From: an uncultured Verrucomicrobiae bacterium
Lineage (GTDB): Bacteria; Verrucomicrobiota; Verrucomicrobiia; Chthoniobacterales; JAFAMB01
Direction: 5' to 3'
DNA: 64,000 nucleotides
Assembly: GCA_963837955.1 (NCBI GenBank)
Contig: CAWIPH010000002.1
Span: 544,001 to 608,000 of the forward strand
Positions within the stretch are counted from its first letter, which is position 1; each line of letters starts with the position of its first letter. Under the pieces are notes generated by a model. The model did no database searches. It was given only the letters and a program-made list of their open reading frames with translations, and was not told where the DNA came from. This document shows positions 59,060 through 64,000 of the stretch, piece after piece. Both the position numbers and the translations under genes were made by a program.

Positions 59060-61015
59060 AAAGATTTTTCGGAGCCTCCATCGATAGCGATTTGTGCGCC
59101 TGTCGTCTTCAAGAATGCCGAACTACAGAGAGTTGCCACCAGTTCGGCTACATCCGGGCTATTGATCTCGGTCCGCAGAAAATTGTCCCGTCGATAATCA
59201 TCGACTGTCATCCCTCGGCTTCTAGCACGCTGCGAAAGAACTTCTGGTGTCCAGATCCCGGTATCAAAAACGCCGTTAGGATGCACGATCTGAATTCGGA
59301 TTCGGGATGGCCCCCACTCTGCAGCGGCGGAACGCACTAGTTCAGTCAGAGCGGCTTTCGCGGCGGCATAAGCAGCTGATCCTCGCCCTGGCGGCGCAAT
59401 ATTTTGCGGCGAAATCACCACAACCCGGCCGCCTCGCGGCGATTCATGGAGAAAAGGGTAACAGCTTCGCAGCAGGTAAAAGTTTGCGTCCAGATTCACT
59501 CGCATTGCGTGCTGCCAAGCGGTCGGTTCCAGGTCAATGATCTTCCTGGTTGAAGGAAGAAATCCTGTGTTCAGAATCAAGATGTCAATTCCGCCGAATC
59601 GCTCCACCGTCTGATTGAGCGCATGACTTACATCTTTTTCGTTCGTTACATCGGACGGAGAGACCAAGAAAGGCCGGGACATCTGATAAAACCGAAATAG
59701 CCGGATTCAGATCCAGCCCAACTACCGCTGCTCCTCTGGCCAGGAACGTTTTCGCGGTTGCTCGACCAATTCCGGAGGCTGCTCCGGTGATTAGCGCAAC
59801 TTCTCCACTAAATTCAGATCTCCGCTGCGTTGCTTCCTCCGCAGCTCGACTCAACTGAGGAGGGACGAGGTCGAACCCCGGGATGGGCTGCCAACCGCCC
59901 AACTGTTCGGCTTGCAGGATGATTTTAATTGTATGCCGAAATAATTCGGCCAGAAGATCGGCTTCTGCGGGTTTATCTCCAGCCGCCAGGAGCCCAAGTA
60001 TCGGGTCGAGAATGATTTGCGGTGCGAGATCACGCACCTTCATCGGGTTGTCAGTGTATCTGCTAAAGTATTCCTGATACCACCTTGCGAATGCTGGCAC
60101 ATCGCTTCCAATCAACGGCGGTCGCTTAAGATATCGAACAAGCTCGGGCGAGACTGGACCACGATTGACCAACATGGTTGCGTCGGGGCGAGTCAAAAGC
60201 TCCGGCAGAAGCTCGCTCGGGTGAGAAGCCAGAATCATTGATCTGCCAGCCGCCTCCGAAATCTGGCGCCTAAGTTTCGCTACTTCAGTGCGCTGGAACG
60301 AGCCACCAAAATTCGCCGTCCTGGTAACGCGAACTGGAGTTAGCGATTTTTGAATCCGATCCTCCGCGGCATTCACCAAGCGTAGCATGCGTTGGTAAGA
60401 CTCCTCCGCAGTTCGGCCAAACGTGCAGACACCTCGTTTTGCCAGAACCAGGCCGATTAAGTTGTCGATGGTCCGATCTTCCAGCGCTTCGGCGACTGCT
60501 TTCGCTAAGGCGAAGTCAGATTCCAAATAAGGAATCAGAAGAACGGTCTCAGCGAAAATCGACTGGATCAGCTCAAGCGCGCGTGGCGTGTTGGTCAGGC
60601 TGAGAATCGCATCCGCCCCGGTCTGATCTATATATTTGGCCGGGATGGCGGCATGGAGTAACGCATCGGTCGTCGGCATTCCCGCATCTGGGTTGTCCGA
60701 GGCTAAACGAAGCTGGCGTTCGAGTTCAGGCGCTGAGAGCACGGGAAGTTTCAGCAAACGAAGTAACTGATCGCGACGCAACGGAATGAACTGGGCGAGT
60801 TCGATGTTTGCCAGCTTACTCCGGGCTGCTTGAACGTACATGAACTCGGCGGCTTCGCCGAAAAGGGTCTTCTCCGTGATTTTGACTGAGACCGCTCCTC
60901 CCTCCAGGCAACCAAGATCAGGTTCCGCACCCAACAACCGCGCAGAATAAATTCGACGTTCGAGCTCGCTCGCGTTCCACCGTTCGCTCTCGACGGGATT
61001 CCAAAGACTTTGCAT
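59056..61015 (-). pseudogene. Bifunctional class II aldolase-like/SDR (RhaEW/YuxG-like) gene, frameshifted near 59660
   Basis: ORF 59585..61015 has the aldolase-like domain and ITGAASGIG; ORF 59056..59682 continues the SDR (DVT, FGGIDIL, YAAAK, PNGVFDTGIW). Confidence 0.8.
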
Positions 61016-61196
61016 ACAACCCTTATTCGCTCAAAGCGGTCGCGGTCCGCCTCCCAATAATCGACGAGCACTTGCACCACCTTTGCCGCGCGCCCCAGAA
61101 TAGATCCGGCTTAATCCTCGCCCCAAAGCGTCAACCAATATTGCCTGTCCCAAAAATGCACCCTCCTAATCCTAGAGTATTTGATTTTCGTTTCTG

Positions 61197-61973
61197 TTGA
61201 AAGAGGGCAGTTTTGCCTTTGGTTGCGGATTTTTTTGCTGCGCAGTGACTAATTTTTTTCAGCCTCACCGAAATTTTGATCCTTCGGTCAGCGAAATCAT
61301 GGATCGCCCACAGCCGGCGTCGGACGATTTGCGGATCGATCTGGACAACATTGAAAAACTCAACCGACGTTTTGGGAGCTATGACCTGGTCCGTTATTTC
61401 CTGCGTCGATGGATTGCTCCTGGCGAATCGGTTTCACTACTGGATCTCTGCACAGCTTCCGGCGACATTCCCCGGTACGTCGCGGCTTGGTCGCGTGAAC
61501 AAAAATCGATGCTCAGAATTCACGCGATCGACTCCCAGCCTTCGACTCTCTCTATTGCGCGAGCCAAATCAACGTTTTATCCGGAGATCACGTACGCGGA
61601 GGCGGATGTACTTCAGTTTGTGCCAGAGGAACCGTTCGATATCGTTATTTGTTCCCTCGCTTTGCATCATTTCGCGCCTTCTGACGCGATAAATTTGCTT
61701 AAGAGAATCCGCAGGTTCGCCCGGCGCGGAGTCGTTGTGGCGGACTTGGCCCGTTCGGACTTCGGCATCGTCGGCGTCTATCTTCTCACCAAGACTCTAG
61801 TAAGACATCCGATGAACCAGTTTGACGCGCGCCTTTCGATGCAGCGCGCGTTTTCTTATCGGGAGTTAGCGGCAGTGGCCGAGGAAGCAGGTTGGTCCGG
61901 ATTTGGTCATCGCCGGTTTCCAGTGAACCGGCAGGCGATTTGGCTGGAGGGAGGAGCGTTGGCCCCGAATTGA
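61197..61973 (+). CDS. Class I SAM-dependent methyltransferase
   Basis: EIMD, LNRRFG, LLDLCTASGDIP, CSLALHHF; start probably GTG at ~61245. Confidence 0.88.
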   Translation: MKEGSFAFGCGFFCCAVTNFFQPHRNFDPSVSEIMDRPQPASDDLRIDLDNIEKLNRRFGSYDLVRYFLRRWIAPGESVSLLDLCTASGDIPRYVAAWSREQKSMLRIHAIDSQPSTLSIARAKSTFYPEITYAEADVLQFVPEEPFDIVICSLALHHFAPSDAINLLKRIRRFARRGVVVADLARSDFGIVGVYLLTKTLVRHPMNQFDARLSMQRAFSYRELAAVAEEAGWSGFGHRRFPVNRQAIWLEGGALAPN

Positions 61974-62036
61974 CGAATCGAATCCGACTCGCTTTAGTCA
62001 ACATTTGATCTCCTATGAACATCCGGATTCCTATAT

Positions 62037-62507
62037 TTGCTGCTGGCTTTCTTTCTTCCGGTCCGGATGTCTGCCGATACCGCGATCGATCTCAGCCGTT
62101 TTCAACCGCAGGTTGAAAAAGGGGCGCAGGCGGGCTCTGAGGTCGCGAACGATCCCGATGATGGTCGACCGGCATTAGTGGTCTCAGTATCAAAGCCTGG
62201 CCCCGAGTTCTGGAGCGTGGAGTTGCGAGCGCCTGGTTTCCAATTTCAGGCAGGTAAGCAATACGAGCTTAAGTTTCGAGCGAAAAGCTCACCAGCCGAG
62301 TACGTATATTTCGTCGCGGAAAAAGACTCAGGGAATCAGGAATCGATCGCTCTCGGTACGACGCTAAGAATCCCCGAACAATGGACGGATTGCACTGTCG
62401 TTTTAGACATGAAAGACGATGGCGCTCCAGGTCGGCTCACCATCAGCGATCTTTCCGTCGATCCTTCTAGCTTCCATTTCCGCGACTTTCAGCTGATCGA
62501 GAAATGA
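62037..62507 (+). CDS. Secreted carbohydrate-binding-module-like protein
   Basis: Signal-like N-terminus, WSVEL, GKQYELKFRAK jelly-roll pattern. Confidence 0.6.
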   Translation: MLLAFFLPVRMSADTAIDLSRFQPQVEKGAQAGSEVANDPDDGRPALVVSVSKPGPEFWSVELRAPGFQFQAGKQYELKFRAKSSPAEYVYFVAEKDSGNQESIALGTTLRIPEQWTDCTVVLDMKDDGAPGRLTISDLSVDPSSFHFRDFQLIEK

Positions 62508-62670
62508 TTCAGAATCCAGAATCTGGATCGTAAGAGCTACGAGTCTCGAGCGTTGGGTCAATCGGGATCTTGCTATGGTGAGCCAATTACTTCGCGCAGG
62601 TATTCTGATGCGGCCGGCCAGGGTTTAAAGGGACAGTCGCCCCTACCGATCCGCGTTCCCAGCTCGCATT

Positions 62671-62709
62671 TTCTAAATTCTAGCTCCTAGCTTCTAAATT
62701 CTGCCTCTC
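62671..62709. repeat. Heptamer-rich ~39-bp repeat, copy A
   Basis: 32/39 identity to 63807-63845. Confidence 0.6.
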
Positions 62710-62715
62710 GGAGAG

Positions 62716-63732
62716 CTACAAGTCTCGGATCCTCTCGACAACAATCGTCTGACGCTCTCGCAGCGATTGCTGTGTTGCGATTGACAGAGTCAGCGCTTCC
62801 AGCGCTCGCTGCGCGTCGATTAGCGCCAAGTCGCCTTTGCCGCGGATGCAGTTAACGAAGTGCCGCAATTCCTTCTCGTACGGATCGTGTCCTTGGATCG
62901 CGACGACCTCCGGCCGTCCACCGTCCCGAAACGACAGGAATGTGTTCTTGGGCGGGCCGTCACCCTCGAATACCGATTTAAGCTCGAAAGCGCATTTCTC
63001 GAACAGCACGCGAAAGCCCGCTGAAAAAGAAAAGGCTTTCGGCATCAGGCCACTGGCTAGAACCGTGGCGCTGCAACCGCTGTCATAGTCCAAGATTGCC
63101 GATATCTCTCCGGAGATGCCAGACTCCATCTGCACCGCCGTCGCCGAGACGCGCGTGGGCGTTCCGAGGAGCCATTGGATGAAATCGAATTCAAAGGTCA
63201 TCAGCTCCGTGGAGGGTTCGGTGTAATGCTCTTTGTGGCCCAAATCGCCGGGTCGGAGATAAGAGCCGAGCCGATAGGCTGTCACGCTGAGCATCTTCCC
63301 GCACTGGCCGGATGACGCAGCACGATGCACATGTTCATATTCTGCGATCGAGCGCAGCAGTAGCCCCACCAGGAGAATGCGCTTCGATTGTCTGGCAGCC
63401 TCGATCATGGCTTTGGCATCCCGCAGATGTAACGCGAAAGGCGTCTCGCAAAAAACATGTTTGCCGCGTTCCAAGGCTGCGATGACGAATTCAGCATGGT
63501 TCGCAGATGGCAGGCAAACATCGATGGCGTCTATGGTCGGATCATCGAGCAAAGCGTCGGCGTCGTTGACCGGCTTGGCGTCGCAAATCCTTGCGACGGC
63601 CTTGGCATGTTCGTAATCGCGACTGAACACGCCGGCGACCTCGACTTTCTCGATGGCCTTATAGGCAGATGCGTGTACTGAACCCATGGAGCCGCTGCCC
63701 AAAAGGGCAATTTTGAGTTTGGATTTGGACAT
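62716..63732 (-). CDS. Gfo/Idh/MocA oxidoreductase
   Basis: LLGSGSMG, DVCLP..NH, GKHVFCETP. Confidence 0.9.
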   Translation of the reverse strand: MSKSKLKIALLGSGSMGSVHASAYKAIEKVEVAGVFSRDYEHAKAVARICDAKPVNDADALLDDPTIDAIDVCLPSANHAEFVIAALERGKHVFCETPFALHLRDAKAMIEAARQSKRILLVGLLLRSIAEYEHVHRAASSGQCGKMLSVTAYRLGSYLRPGDLGHKEHYTEPSTELMTFEFDFIQWLLGTPTRVSATAVQMESGISGEISAILDYDSGCSATVLASGLMPKAFSFSAGFRVLFEKCAFELKSVFEGDGPPKNTFLSFRDGGRPEVVAIQGHDPYEKELRHFVNCIRGKGDLALIDAQRALEALTLSIATQQSLRERQTIVVERIRDL

Positions 63733-63815
63733 AGCGAGCGTGAATGTTTGCTCTACAAATCGGCACGGTCAGCGAAGGCCGGACGAGGTCGCCGCGGCGT
63801 TCTAAATTCTAAATT

Positions 63816-64000
63816 CTAGCTTCTGGCATCCAGCTTCCGCCTCTCCGCCAAATATTCTTGGGCCAAGTCGCTCCGCTTCAATTTACCCCGCGCATTGACG
63901 GGAAGAGAAGCCACGATTTTAAAATCGCGCGGCACTTGCCAGTCGGCCAATTCAACTCGGCAATGCATCTCCAGCTGTTGCCGGTTAATCGCTCCCTGCG
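63816..64000 (-). CDS. AMP-binding acyl-CoA ligase, C-terminal part (runs off the window)
   Basis: Minus strand reads LADWQVPRDFKIVASLPVNARGKLKR...*. Confidence 0.75.
   Translation of the reverse strand, partial: QGAINRQQLEMHCRVELADWQVPRDFKIVASLPVNARGKLKRSDLAQEYLAERRKLDARS

Noticed and set aside
62015..62040. Programmed frameshift giving a better signal peptide from ATG at 62015
   Set aside because: A one-base offset is visible, but there is no slippery motif; a sequencing indel or the TTG start explains it equally well.

Overview
Bacterial chromosomal segment, most likely from a soil Verrucomicrobiota (Chthoniobacterales-like) genome; the taxon is inferred from protein styles, not proven. 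About 1-25.7 kb is an accessory mosaic around tRNA-Ser(UGA) at 24821-24908. It holds detoxification-type enzymes, an ECF42/YCII module, a ThuA/sugar ABC cluster, remnants of a TnsB/TniA-like transposon, a small inverted-repeat (MITE-like) element and tRNA-half att scars. Several of its cassettes are bracketed by unusually long (114-125 bp) direct repeats, and no integrase is visible. About 25.7-64 kb looks like core chromosome (nadC, moxR-bat operon, icd, marR-tolC-pgeF). Embedded in it is the most notable feature: an intact 11-gene VirB-like type IV secretion operon (28061-38922). It has no relaxase, VirD4, VirB11, integrase or att sites in the window and ends in a stand-alone ClpB-NBD2-type AAA+ ATPase. 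About 2 kb downstream on the same strand is a DUF4388-FGE / MglA GTPase / prepilin / PilT-like module. All family calls come from motif recognition by eye; no database searches were run.
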